Below, in pieces: positions 13,621 to 27,367 of a stretch of DNA of 64,000 nt. Position numbers and translations under genes: made by a program. The stretch's first letter is position 1, and every line of letters starts with the position of its first letter. The notes below the pieces were generated by a model, which saw nothing but the letters and a program-made list of their open reading frames with translations, did no database searches and was not told the DNA's origin. This stretch comes from Lingula anatina (taxonomy: Eukaryota; Animalia; Brachiopoda): contig CM120643.1 of NCBI GenBank assembly GCA_051362555.1, positions 15,164,644 through 15,228,643 of the forward strand, in the 5' to 3' direction.

Positions 13621-16600
13621 TATGGTTGCCAACTTTCTGATTCATAATCCCAAACATTGTGTCATACAGAGTGCTGGTAATGTCATTATTTCATTTTTAA
13701 AAGTATGTGCAGTTTGCTGCAGGCCTGTAGTATGTTGAGAAAAATCTACAAAGTTACACTTACTGATTTTTAAAATGCAACATCCTCTTCTGATGTGCTT
13801 TAGGGTTTCAATGGATTTTTTTTATCACAGCACAAGGCATCATTATCATTTCATATTTTGTTATATTATAATATTTAAATATTTCATGTATTTAAAATAA
13901 AAATCCTCTTAAAATCTTCAAATTTTCATTAAAATTTTTTTTAATATAATTTTTGTCAAAGTGGATAAAAAATTATATAGATGAAAATAAAAGAAAAAAT
14001 TCTGAAAGTTTCCTTTAGCATCTAAATTTGTTTCCTTGAGCATGTAAACTCAAACAGAGGTGGTCTGTGTATACTTGAAAATTGTCAGAGTTACTAGATG
14101 AAGTGTCCCTATAACTCTGTTAATTAAGGAAATAACAAGTACATTTGATTACCCCAGGCTAGTCTGGCACTTTTATAATTCTCCCAAGTTCTTGACTTTT
14201 TCCTGGCAACCACGGTACCACTGTGTAAACAGTGGAAGCTGTTATTAAACCCAGAGAAATGCATTACGCTGAATTTCTTTGAATTTCTGATCAATACCCA
14301 GTTGTGTGATTAGTCTGTTATGTTGAATTTGCCAGTGATATTTGACATTTACCTTTGGGGTGTTTCTTCCAATGGAGCCAGATTTATTGGCAGTCGATTA
14401 ACAGTTAATGTGCCAGGGCAAAAATTACACAGGTAGCAGCAAGTAATTTACTGTAACCTCCTACTGCCAAGGACCTTCAAACATCATCATTGTAATTCAC
14501 TTGAAATGGTCCAACTATGTTTTTTGCTATTAAAGATCTAATAAAACGATCACCGGTGGAGTGTGGAATCCCAGAAACGCATATAAACCACTTCTACTAG
14601 TTTCTTATCCAACTCAAATAAATTAAAAATGCCAAGGGATAAATTAAATAAGTCACTCGATCAATCCAAAAAGAGTGATGTCTTTTGGTAATTCTCTCAG
14701 TTATACTATTTGAAACTATATATGCTGGCATTTGGCTGGCTTTTGTGACAAAAAATTAACATAATTCATATGCATCTTTAAAACAGCATTTGTTCAAGAT
14801 AAAATTTCTTTTAACACAATATCTTATTATTTTTCTTATTACCAAAGGTTAGTTCTCGGCTCAGTGGGTGAGCATTTTTTTTAAGTACTTAAACTTTGAC
14901 ATCATTTGAGTTCACTGAAAAATTTCAGGTCTTGATTTGTGTAATAAAAGAAGCCTTTATGTATGTATATGTTTAAGATGGGCCCATGTATTAATTTTAT
15001 GTTTCCCGCCATCCTTCCCCACTGCACACTTAACAATGCACACAAATGGCAAGGCAAGGCTTACATACAGAAGGTTTGTAATTTGGTCAATCCAGACCCC
15101 TTTCATTAAATGCAAAGCCTTCATGATTAATTACTTTAGAACCAAGTCAATTAATCCATTACACAAGACGGAATAATCATTTAATGTATTAGACTTATGT
15201 ATTAATTAACAATAAATTAGTGTGCTGCATCAATGATTGTTGCATATTAGATCAAATAATATATTAATCAAATATGGCAGGTTTCAATTTATAAGTTTTT
15301 ACTTATTTACCTATGAAAAAGGTTAAACAGTTAAAGCAATCACAATTCTTTTCATTTGTGCTTATTCTGTGTTAAGTAACACATCATTTTAGAAAAAATG
15401 AACCTTTCCACTGGTATCTCTGTCTCAAGCTGTCAAAAACATGATTAAACTTTTAATATTTTCTAATAATTTCTTTCTGGAAAGAACAACGGGCTCTACA
15501 AACCCATGTTCGCATGTATAGCAAGAGGTGTACACACATTCAATTTGTTTTGATGTAAGATCAAGTTCAAAGTACTATAACCAGCAGTACAAACCATTGA
15601 ATGATGGCAAAGTTCTAGTGTTCAAACTATTGATTTCATTATGGAAATGGATCCTAGCAGGCTGCCTAGCAAATGCATCGTCATGATGGCTAAACTTAAC
15701 AAATTGAAAACAAATTTATAAATTGCAATTTTCCCAATAGCTTGGGATAAAAAACTTAGTATACCTTGGGTAATAAATGGAAAAATGGCTGACATTTCCT
15801 TCCAGGGATTTTTTTTTTCTTTTTGAGATATTTATGTCTAATGAGCATACTTGATATGTTATGCTATTAATAACTGTGAATTATTAGCTCAGCATTTGAC
15901 AATGTATATAATTAGAGTTGTGATAATAAAAATTTATGTATCTTTCCTTTGACGTAAATTCTCAAATTAGTGTGTCAGCTTTATTTAAAATTGTCTGCAA
16001 TAAAAATATCATGTAATTAGTTTACTGTTGCAAATGCTAAAGAGGAAAGGATTATATGGCGTTTGTTCTGTGACTCTCTTAAGGTTTCAATTATTTCCAT
16101 TGTGTATTATTGTAATTTATATTCGCCATAGTGAATTCACTTTGATTGTGCCCATAAAGCACAGAAACTTAGAGCAGCATAATATGAACTCAGGAAATTT
16201 GCAACTTTACCAATAATATTTGTTGAAGGAACTATACCCAGCCCTCTTTACTTTTTATCAAACACCATAAAGACAGAATAAGGCTTGAGATTGAGTTTTA
16301 TAAAAATATCTGCTAAACATCTCTGAGAACACTTAATCAGCTCTGTTCTAGGGTCACCTTGCAACTGAATTTAAAATCAAAGTTCCACAAAAACATTTCA
16401 TGCCTGTAGAATTTATTTGCTGACTCCCATTGCCATGTCTCCAAGTAAGAGGAAAAAATTAGTTTAAAAGAAAAAACTTCCTAGCCTTTGTGCTTACCCC
16501 CCCCCCCCCCCCCCCCCCACCACCACCACCACCACCACCACTCCAATTTCAGAGTTTACTAAATATTGATAGTAATAGGGTTAAGTTTTGCTGAAGCTCA

Positions 16601-17171
16601 GGATGTTACATATGGGCTTGGATGCATAAAAAAAATTGAGATTCATAATCATTAGAGATTGTCTAAAATGTTTTGTCAAGTTTTTTTTCAACATTTCGAG
16701 CAGGCATGGTCGCATAATTAAATCAACTTTATTGTAACCAAACACATAACAAAATTGGCGATTACATTTGAAAGGTTGGACTCCCAAACTTTTCAAGTTC
16801 CATTTCTGTGAAACCTTGCATTAATTAAAAAATAAAATAATACTCAAAAGTGAAACCAACTTGCATCAAACATGAACAATTATTCCAAGTTCAGCAATGA
16901 TTTTTATCTCTTTCAACAGAGGAAGTTAGATTCTCATCAGCACTGGTTTGCCAGATTGCTGTCAAAAAAATTTATAAAAAAGTTCAACAGAAACAACAGT
17001 CAATTATGAGACGAAGAATAAATTACAGTGATTTTTGACTGTTTCATGAACAGAAAAAAAAATTATGAACAAAACATTTTTTACAAATGAAACAGTGTGA
17101 AAACATGGACCACAAAAAGTATTTTGTAGATTCTTTTTTTGGTGTCTCTTTAATAAGATGACTCCATTCAG

Positions 17172-19811
17172 CTACACACTTTTTTCTTCCAATTCTTCTA
17201 ACAAGGACTGCAAATCCCTGTCCATCATAGTCTGTGTATGACAGTCTATGCTTGAGGAGAATCTAGTTTGTGTCTCAATCTCTGTTGACTGTGTCAGCTC
17301 AGCAGAAGAGGGCAATGAGTGCAAGCTGGTCTGAATTTCAATATTAGACAGGATGTTGCCACTAGGTGGAGCCTCTGTTGTCTGCGTTTGACAATCCATG
17401 GCTCTAGAGGTGGTAGAGATATTCATGGACAGGTGTCTTTGATGTGAGTGTATTTCAAGTCCAGTGATGCTGCTTGACTGAGAGAAAGCAGACGACACTG
17501 TGGCACTGTCATCTGGAGCCTCAGTCTGGGTCTGTATGTCAGCCAATGACAGATCAGGAAACAAAATGTCATCTGTCTGTGTGCCCATGCAGCTGAGGAA
17601 CTCATCCACCCAGTCATTGACTGTCTGAGTCTCCATGTTCATGAAGTCATCTGCTGTTTGGACGCCTGAGTCACTGAACATAGTCCCCAACAGAGGATTT
17701 TCTACTGTCTGGGTCTCCATGTGAGTGAACCCAAAGGTCCTGGTACTTGTTCCCATTTCTGTCACATCAGCGTTACCCATTTCATCTTCTTGGTTTTCTC
17801 TAATCCCAGGACAACCTCCAATCATAGGCCCTCTTGTTGGTGAAACAGAAATTAGAGGATTTTCACTCTGATTTGCATTGTTCTGTTTGTGTCCATAAAG
17901 AATATTTGCATTTATATTCAGCCCAGAACCAGGGGTTAGCCTCTCACGGATAATCCTATCTGGACTGATCTCTCTATCTAACGTAGAAATGGCAGTCTGT
18001 GTCTGTGAACTTTGAGTTCCACCATAGTGCTGGGTGTTAAGAAAACTTGACTGAGTCTGTGTGGCAATGCTTTCTGCTAATCTCTCCAGCTCTTCCAGCA
18101 AAGCTGAGGTCTGTGTGCCACTCTCTGTGAAATCTGTCAGAGATAGTGGTTGTGGTAGACCACTAGTGTGGGCAAAAGTTCTGTTGCTCCTGGGTAGCCT
18201 ACGGTGCACAAAGACCCCAGACGATGTTGATGCCATGCCTGTTGAAGTCTTCACAGCACTAGCAGATGCCAAATCTGTGCTGCATGCAGAGTTCCAAGGC
18301 AAATCATCCATAGTTGTTCCACTGTCCACAGTAGCAGTATTACGTGTTGCCATGGTAACAGTATTAACCATGCTGGGATGAGGCCCTCTCTGACCAATCA
18401 ATTCAGACCTAGTGCTCCCTACAGCTGTTGCATGTGGAGTTCCTTGCTTAGAGGCTGTTGCAGTGTTGGAGTCCCTGGAAAGGGTTTTGTTTTGTGTTTG
18501 TTGGCACGTGATCGTGTATGGAGCAGACGACCTTCTTGGTCTATTTTTCCTCCTTCGTGATGTTTGGTTGACATGTTTGAAGTTCGGGGATGGTCCACGG
18601 GCCGCTGATTTTGGGGAGACCTGTAGATAGATGCAGTACGCAATTTTACTGTGATTTACATAATTAAGGTGTAATTATAATTACTACACAGGCTTGGTGT
18701 TATGAAGAAATACTGGTCATACATTATCTGGTATTTGCCACTTTTCCAATGATAACTGATCTACAGTGTTAAAAGATGATAAAAATTAAATAAAAGGTTT
18801 TAAAATACTAGGAAACAATTGAACCTTAATTAAGATGTTGATTGAGAGAGCTATCAATGTAACTGAATAATGTTCCCTGAATAATGTACCCAGCTGATAT
18901 TTTTTTCTGAATATGAAAGGAAAAATTCCCCATGAACACATTATACCAAGACATTTTCATTTTGAAAAAAAAACACCAAGACGAAATATACCATTGTAAA
19001 CAAGGCAGCAAAGCTGTCAAATGTACAGACAAAAAACAGAAAATAAAGATGCAAAAAAGGTCATTTTGTCAATTTTGATGCAATAATAAATAATGCTCAT
19101 AATAGCACTATCAGTCAACACTGAATTTTAATCATGCACAACAGGTAAAAATAAAATGGTCAATAACATGAGCGGACCCAGAGATATTCTCTGACAGTAT
19201 TCCAAAGTATCTATTTTGATCCATCCTCCATTTTGATGGTCTTCCAACAGAAGAAAAAATAGATACCAGGCAATATAAACTTAATAACCTGACTGTCTTC
19301 CGGAAGTCCCAGAAGATGGTCTCAATCTACCCTTTCAATAAGATTACAGTTTCAGGACCATGAGAGTTCAAATTCACATGATGAAAGTCTCAATATTTGA
19401 AAAATGATGACAGTGCATAAAATAATATTACATAAGTAACATAATGTTTAAAGACATAAAAAACAATACAACTGCTTATGTGGAAATACAGAAATGTCAG
19501 AGTCTCAGGCGGATGAGAGTTAAAAGTCACAAATGCAAGTGTTTGAGAAAAAATTATAAAGGAAAACATAACAAAACTAGAAAAGCACTCCGAGAGTGCA
19601 GACCTCTGCCAAGGTAGCAATTGTTGATTATTATTGATTTTTGTCCTCTTTGGCCCACTTCTGACAGTTCCTGAAAATTTCAGCAAAATCGGTCCATAAC
19701 TTTTTGAGTTATGTTGATGACAAACAGGGGTGAAAATACATGTATAACCTCCTTGGCAGAGGTAAATATAATTCCAATGAAGCTGCTATTCAAACTTTTA
19801 ATCTTTCAGTT

Positions 19812-19878
<67 letters not shown>

Positions 19879-22800
19879 AAACTTATTTGCAATATTAAAC
19901 AAAATTTACCTGCATAATTATCACTGCTTCCTTATTATTAATCTAGCAGAGAGCTTAACCTATGGGAGTTTACAGGGAAATATCAACAAGTGTGCTTTAT
20001 GTAATCTCAAATCACAAGTGTGCTTTATGTAGCCTATCAATTAGGCAAATTACTTTATAACTGAAATTAGCGAAGTGATACCCAAGGGAAATTTATAGAC
20101 TGACCCTCTCAAAGGTCTTTCAGGCCCATAAGTCACAACTAAGAAGAGCACAAAACAATAATGCACAAAATAGGAGACTACCACTTCTGATGCAATAATA
20201 CATTATGTTTTACTGCACAGTCAACATCAAATTTTAATCATGCACAACAGGTAACAACGACGAAAGTAAAAGCATAAGGCTTCAGGCCCATCAGAGTTCA
20301 AGTTTATACTTAAAAAATGCCAGAATGAGAAATATGAAAATTTCACTCAAAATTGCATAAATTCAATAATAAATGATAACCCAATTTACCTGGCTTTCTA
20401 ATTTGAAATGCATGCCAATCCTAAAAATCATACTTATCAGTTAAATATAATAATAAGTAACACAGTTTTCTTTTCATAATGTTTGCAGTAGCAGTGCAAA
20501 AAGATTATTGTCAATTTTGATGTAACATTACATAATAAATTATAGAATAATTATCACCAATTTTTGATTATTGACTATAAATAGCATGGACATGTAGAAA
20601 ATTTGATTACCATACGGCTTCATGCTCATGGGAGCTCCGAGTCCCACAATGAATATGCCAAAAAGATAATGAATATTTCACTAAAATGTATAACTTCCAG
20701 AAAAAGAAGCCAATTAGACTGCTTTTCCAACTCGGGCTGCATTTTAGTCATGTGTTTCTTTTTTGAAAATTTGACAATCATAAGTAACACGGTTTTCCCA
20801 AAATGGTCATCATGGCAGCGGCACCAAAAATTGTGTTTTCTTCTATTTTGATGCAACATTACATAATGCTTAACAGCATAATGACCATCAATTTTTAATA
20901 ATAAAATATACATGTCATGGATTTTCAGAAAATGTGACTAGTATGGGTCTTCAAGCACGTGGAGGTTCTAAGTTGCACCTTGAAAATGCCAATAAGTGAA
21001 AAATTAAATTTCCACAAAAAACTGTTAAATTGCCAGAAAAATTTACCAAACAGACTGCATTGCCTACTGAAGCTGTATGTTAGAGCCATGTTTCTTTCCT
21101 GTAAGTTTGAGAACAGCAAGTGACATGATTTCCCTTAAATGGTCATCATAGGAGCAGTTCCTAAATAGGGGTTTCTTCAAATTTTGATGCAACGTTACAT
21201 AATGTTTAACAGCATAATAACCATCAAATGTTATTAATAAAATATTACTAACATGGACATTCAGAAAACGTGACAAGCAAATGTCTTCAGGATCATGGAT
21301 CTTCAAAGTCACATCTTGAAAATGCCAAAATGTAAACAAGACAGCACTGTTCTGAAATGGGTTTATTTCCATTTTTAACATTTTTTTAACATAAAACAAA
21401 ATAAACATTTTACTGCCATTTTTATATGACCAACTAAGAAAATTGATGAGATGGGAAAAATATCAATAGAACAGTGTTAAATTTCCAATTTCCTCCATTC
21501 TGAGATTCTGAACATAGTGGATGATTGAATCTGACAAACTGAAATGACATGAGTTTATTTCCATTTTTGACACTTTATTACACAATACACAATAACAAGT
21601 TTACCATCATTTTTACATAATCAATTAACAATGTTGTAAAGATGCAGGAAATATGAAACAAACACTTTTACATATCTTATTAGTTAAATAATGAGACTGT
21701 TAACATGCCTAAGAATTGAATCTGAGGAAATGTGAAAAAACAGCATAACTTCTAAAATAATGGCCCGATTATGCTTATTTTTGAACTCAACCTGCGTTTT
21801 AGTTAGTTTGACTACTCCTGTGAGTATAATGACAATTGGCCTATTTGTTTTTCTTTTATTGTGTTATCAGTGTTGCATATATGTTGAAAAAAGTGAAAAA
21901 ACAGCATAACTTCCTTAAAAATGGCCTGATCATGCTGATTTTTGAACTTGACCTGCGGATTATAAATATTCATCAGTTTTGTAAGTTTCAAGCCAAAAAG
22001 TAAAATGGTTTTCCACTTATTGTGTTATCGGTGCTGCATATATGCTGAAAAAAGGGAAAAAACAGCATAACTTCCATAAAATGGACCCGATAGCTCCGAT
22101 TTTCGAACTTGACCTGCATATTATGAATATTCATCAGTTTTATAAGTTTCAAGCCAAAAAGTAAAATGGTTTTCCACTTATCGTGTTATCGGTGCTGCAT
22201 ATATGGTGAAAAAAGTGAAAAAAAAAATAACTTCCCTAAAAATGGCCCGATCATGCTGATTTTCAAACTTGACCTGCGTATTATGAATATTTATCAGTTC
22301 TGTAAGTTTCAAGCCAAAAGCAAAAACAGTTTTCCACTTATCGTGTTATCGGTAAAAGTGCACGACGGCGACGACGGCACCGACGGCGACGACGACAGAT
22401 GCAGATGATGGCTATATGTACAGACACATCTGTGTCTGTACATAAAAAGATCACTAAATGAAATATCATCATATAAAATTCACAATGAGAAAAGAATATA
22501 CTGAAGCAACATTTTAACACAATAAAAGAATTTACTGGAAAAATTTAAAACTGCTATTTACCTGTGACCCCTTAGATATCTTAACAGCAGGTATGTGGGC
22601 GGCCCTCATTGCCTCTCTCACTATATAGTCCCCCGCAGTTTGTGTTCCCGCCACCTGCAGGCTCCTCTTGGTCAGTGTCTGGGTCTCAGTGCTGACCTCT
22701 CGTCTGTCTCTCGTCTGCGTGGCCGTAGCAGTCCTGATGTTCGCAGCATGAAGAGCATGCTGGCCTGAAATGGAATTTTTTAAAAATTCTTTAAAAATAT

Positions 22801-23004
22801 ACATTTTTTTTAAGTTTTTGGGGTTAATGTCCCTCAATTCTTTATTGTATTTTAGAATTTTGAAAGATAATTTTAAAGTAACAATGTATAATTTTAGTAT
22901 TGTATTTTTTAAAATCTTAAACTGTACAGAACATGTCGGTGCTAGGTGCAATGGAAATGTACAAGTACATAGTGAAATGTGCCACACAACAATTAAATAT
23001 TATT

Positions 23005-23064
<60 letters not shown>

Positions 23065-26000
23065 TGAGGCTAGGCCCCTGTGAGGTGATAATATGGCAGA
23101 ATTTGTGCCTCCTGGAATAGGAGCCTGTAAATGTGGCTGTAAAATAAATAATTTAAAATTATTTATTTCAAAAGTACAGTTTACTTCATATCTATTATGG
23201 AAAGGGCTCAGAGTAGTCTGTTGCACAACAGTTTTCAATACATGGGGCAGTCATGAAACTAATTTAATTTTAATTCTTATTTAATCCTATAATATCTTAA
23301 TCTCAATATATACAGGCATGAAAAATGATCGAATTATCAAATGGCAATATATGTTATCTACCAAACACAACTGTATTACAGTATTCCAATAACAAAACTA
23401 TGTAATAACCTGATATCTGTTCAATGAGGGTAGTGTCTGTATGGCCATAGAAGTATGGTTGACGCCTGGCTCTGTCTGTGTGTCCACACTTTGAGTATTA
23501 TGGGATGGCAAAAAATGCATAACTGGACCTGGATAAAAGTAACCAAGTTTCAGAAAGCAATAAATTCATACTTTTGGAATATATATGCATAGATGTAATA
23601 ATTATCACTGTGAAAATGCCTGTTATAATGAAATTTTGAAGCTTTGGAGTCCCACTTTAAATAATAATTTCTATTTCATTTAATAACATTTATCATTTAA
23701 TAACATATATCATTTTTGCTTTTACTTGATATATGAACAAACAGAAAATATTTATCAAAAGATATGAGGGAAGATTTAACTGATAATATTAAAGTACAAT
23801 AAATCTTATATTAGGAAATACCATGAATATTGACCGTAAACACTGGTTCAAATTGACCAGAATCAGCATCATGTTGGTTAGAAATGTAAAATGTTTACAA
23901 CTGACAAGGTGTTAATTAGTTATAACTCATACCTATTAGGCTTTCTACCTAAAGGATCTTGTTAAATGAGTCTTTAGTCAGCAACATACTAGATAGCAAC
24001 AGAGTTAGAGATTCTGTTATCACAACAAACACAGAAATTAGAAACTTGGGTATAATTTTCCACAACAAAAGTGACATAACATCACACATTAACAATGTGT
24101 GTAAATCATCATATTTTAATCTGCAATGAATATTATCTAAGATTCTTCACCTTATTGACAGCAAGCAAACAGCATTTGTGACTTCTAGACTCAATTATTG
24201 CAACAGCCTCTTGTTCGAATACCTACTGTAACTATCAAATGGAAAAGCTTCAGTCTATGCAGAATTCAGCAGCCGATCTCCTTTGTAAAACTCAGAAGTC
24301 CGACCACATCACACCAGTTGTCCGCGATCTTCATTGGTTACCCGTGTCTCAAAGAATATTTAATATATTGCTCTTGACTTTCAAAATTTTAAAAGGCGAC
24401 TGTCCATTTTACATGAACAATATAATAGAAATTTTTATCTCCTTTTAGAACTCTTCATTCCAGTGGTCAGTTTCAACTCAAGCGAAACAATACCAAAAAG
24501 ACTCCTAAAACATGTGGTCACAGGAGTTTGGAAATATGGTTCACTTTATGGTCCAATTTTATTAATATATCAAATGTGTCTTTAAATGACTCTTAGCACT
24601 GTTTTAAAGAAAATTGAAAACACCTTTTATTTAAAGAACATTTTGGTTAACTGTTAGTATCTTTTAATTTAAAATACTTTAATGTTAGTTTTTAATTTAT
24701 CTTTGTAGTTTTAGTTTTTATATGTAAACACAGCTGAGACGCATGTGTAGAACTTTTAAGAAATTATTATTTTTATTATTATTATTATTATTATTATTAA
24801 CACATGAAATATTGGCAAAATTCTACAGGGCTCATTGTACTAAACATACAGTTCCTGAGGATGATGTCACTCACACATCCCACATAGACAAAGGTCCTTT
24901 TCATCACACACCGTATATAATACAAACATACAAACCTTTTAACTGGATGGCAGCCATTTTTTCTGGTGCATTAGATTTGGGGAGGAGGGGCTTTAGACAA
25001 GAGGGTCTCGAGGCAGGTGAAGTCTTCGGCTTGAGTGACATTTTTGGTCCTTCTACATACACTTGGAATACCATGTCTGGCAATGGAGGGGTGACAGCCG
25101 AGCCTTTGCTTTTGGCAGTGCTAAATAGGATGCAATAATATTATTAAAATTTTGCACCAAGATCAATTTAAACAAAATCACAGAACACGAACTGTAAACA
25201 TTGGGAAATTTAAACATTTCAAGGATATACATTGTATGTGCAGTTTTCAGAGTTGTATATAATAACATGAAAAAAAATTCAATAATACTCTTATCTATAT
25301 TTCTACTTTCTACACTTTGTGCTAATATTCATCTCTTTGAAGATCCTTTCAATTAAATTGAGTCCTTCTGGTAAATATAACTTTGGTTTATAGATCATAT
25401 TTTTTTCAACAGTATTGCATAGGGTATACCCTGATAAGTAACAGAAAATAATTGAAAATTCCAGTTTTTTTTTTTTTTTTTTTTGCTATTAAAAGGTCTA
25501 AGGGACATTATAATTATGTACATTTAAAAGTAATGAGCAATTGTTTCTGTATATGTTCTGCTTTCTGTACCGCATGTCACAAATAGAACACCTACGTCAA
25601 ATATTCCTTAGTATGACTTGGCCTATATTAGCATAAAATGAAATTAAAAAAGACAACTATATTATTTTGCTTTTTTACCATAACCCCCTCCCCTCAATCA
25701 TTACCTGGCCTTTTTTGGCTTGTACTCTTGTGGGTAGGGGTGGTTTGCTCTGGAACAGTGCGTGGCCAACGCTTCTCTCGTAAAATACCAGTGGTCACAT
25801 GACTTACAGGTGTAGGTGACTCCACAGGATTCCTCATGCCACTTCCTGTCTCTGTCCAGTCCGAAATTCCGCCTGCACTTGCTGCACTGGTACTTTTTCT
25901 CAGCATGTACCTTCATGAAATGCTGAATGACAAAATATAGTAATCAGTGAGTAAGTCATGTGCTCAAGGTCCTACAATCAAGGGTCAAACATGCCTTATA

Positions 26001-27367
26001 CAATGTAGGTTAAAAAACACATTTTATCTGTTTTAAAGAAGTTTCTTATTTTGCCATCTTTGACTGGGTTCCCATGCCTAGATCAATAGATTATCTAAGA
26101 GGATTGATCCAACTCCAAGGGGTGTCTTGCTAAATTGCTGTCAGCTTAAGCAGCTTAAATGTCTGGCAGGCCTGCTGAAGCTGCTAGCCCTTAGGAAAGA
26201 GTCCTATAGGATCCTATAAGATCCTATAGGATTCTATAGGAAATTGGCTCAATTGCGTATATAGGATCCTATAGCATCTTATAGGCTCCTATAGGGTTTT
26301 TTCATTAGGGAAATGATAATAAATTACCCCCCTAGCAGCTTCAGTAGGTGTGACAGACATCTAAGCTGCTTAAGTTGACTGCATTTTAGCGAGAATCCCC
26401 TTGGAGATATCCACAGTTATTTAAATAGGGCCTGGGAACGGTCCCTTTACCTAAAAGGCATTGAAAACACAAGTCCACTTAATACTCTTAATACTCACTT
26501 GCTTGAGTTTTTTAAAAACAGGAAAATGTTTGTGCCCTCCATCTTTCCTGTAAATGCACTCTGGCATAGGGCAATGGTAATGTATGGCAGCATCTTTAGC
26601 TACAGGAGTCCCATCCTGCAAATAATGGAGCAGTTACTGCAATTTTCGAACACTTGACTCATTCAAGATTACTGTTTTGGTGTACAGTTACTTTAGCAGC
26701 CTATAGTAATGCTCATGCAAGTCACAATACAATTCTTCCACAGGGAGCTACGATACTGATCATCAAATAAAATATTACTCTATTACTTTTTACAAAGTTG
26801 ATCACATTTAATAATAAATTTGTAAATGAATCTTTCAGATAGTATGACAAAGACAAAATCTGTTAAAGGTGTGTTTAGAAGAAATCAATTATACTAGTAC
26901 ACTCGAGTGCAATGATTTACCTGTATTATAGCATGTACTCTACACAGATATTCAGAAAAAAATCATTGACCTCAGGATTGATGCTACCAAATAGTAATTA
27001 ATGAGATTATTCCAAACATTGACCACAATGGAAATAAGTGTATTCCTTTTCTTGTGTTACTCATGTACATACTTTTATTCATAATTTACATTTTGAATAT
27101 TAAATAAATATATCATATCGTATAGGGCGCAAAGCTTTACCTGTATTATAGCATGTACTCTTCACAGATTTTCAGAAAAAAATCACTGACCCTCAGGGTG
27201 CAAACCTTTACCTGTGTCATACCATGGGCTTTAAACAGGTGTAACTGGAGCATGGACTGCTGAGACAACTTCACCCCGCACTCTGGGCACTTCACACTGA
27301 TTTTCTCCTCTGCACTCAGGGCGTCCACAGATGGGCAAATGGTTACAATGTTACAAGGAGTTGCCAT
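17172..27367 (-). CDS. ATMIN: ATMIN/ASCIZ (ATM interactor): N-terminal zinc fingers and a C-terminal region rich in TQT LC8-binding motifs
   Basis: Phase-consistent exons: 27212-27367, 26499-26615, 25705-25922, 24936-25120, 23410-23528, 23064-23124, 22562-22764, 17172-18620. Fingers include CPEC..HLFKAH, CPMPEC..KQHFMKVHAEKKYQCSKC and CKSC..LATHC. Many xxTQT motifs (METQT, IQTQT, IETQT). Confidence 0.9.
19575..19765 (-). mobile_element. Short Helentron-associated non-autonomous element (HINE/DINE-1-like)
   Basis: Inverted subterminal repeats acctctgccaagg (19602) and ccttggcagaggt (19751), terminal hairpin gcactc-cga-gagtgc, and a CTAG|TT end on the - strand. Confidence 0.7.
19815..19875. 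repeat. (TA)n microsatellite
   Basis: About 30 consecutive TA units. Confidence 0.95.
21730..22395. repeat. 161-bp tandem repeat (~4 units) followed by a (GACGGC/GAC)n microsatellite
   Basis: cagcataacttc recurs at 21741, 21902 and 22063 (period 161), with a fourth unit near 22225. The GAC/GGC run spans 22364-22395. Confidence 0.8.
24030..24800 (+). mobile_element. 5'-truncated, decayed L2/CR1-group LINE (RT C-terminus and 3' tail) in an ATMIN intron
   Basis: Translation gives RNLGIIF, SRLNYCNSLL and KLQSMQNSAA..KSDHITPVVRDLHWLPVSQRI, typical of the L2/CR1 ORF2 end. Ends in (TAT)n near 24765-24798. Confidence 0.85.
26113..26406. mobile_element. Palindromic MITE with ~75-bp imperfect TIRs and an internal TCCTATAGGA array
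   Basis: ctccaagggg..cagcttaagcagcttaaatgtctg..ctgaagctgctag is mirrored by ctagcagcttcag..cagacatctaagctgcttaagttg..ccccttggag. Confidence 0.75.

Larger units (their letters stand above)
19050..21420. repeat. Degenerate long-period (~330 bp) repeat in the last ATMIN intron
   Basis: Recurring block (aattttgatgcaac..acataatg..acagcataat..ccatcaa) near 19070, 20190, 20510, 20845 and 21180. Confidence 0.55.
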
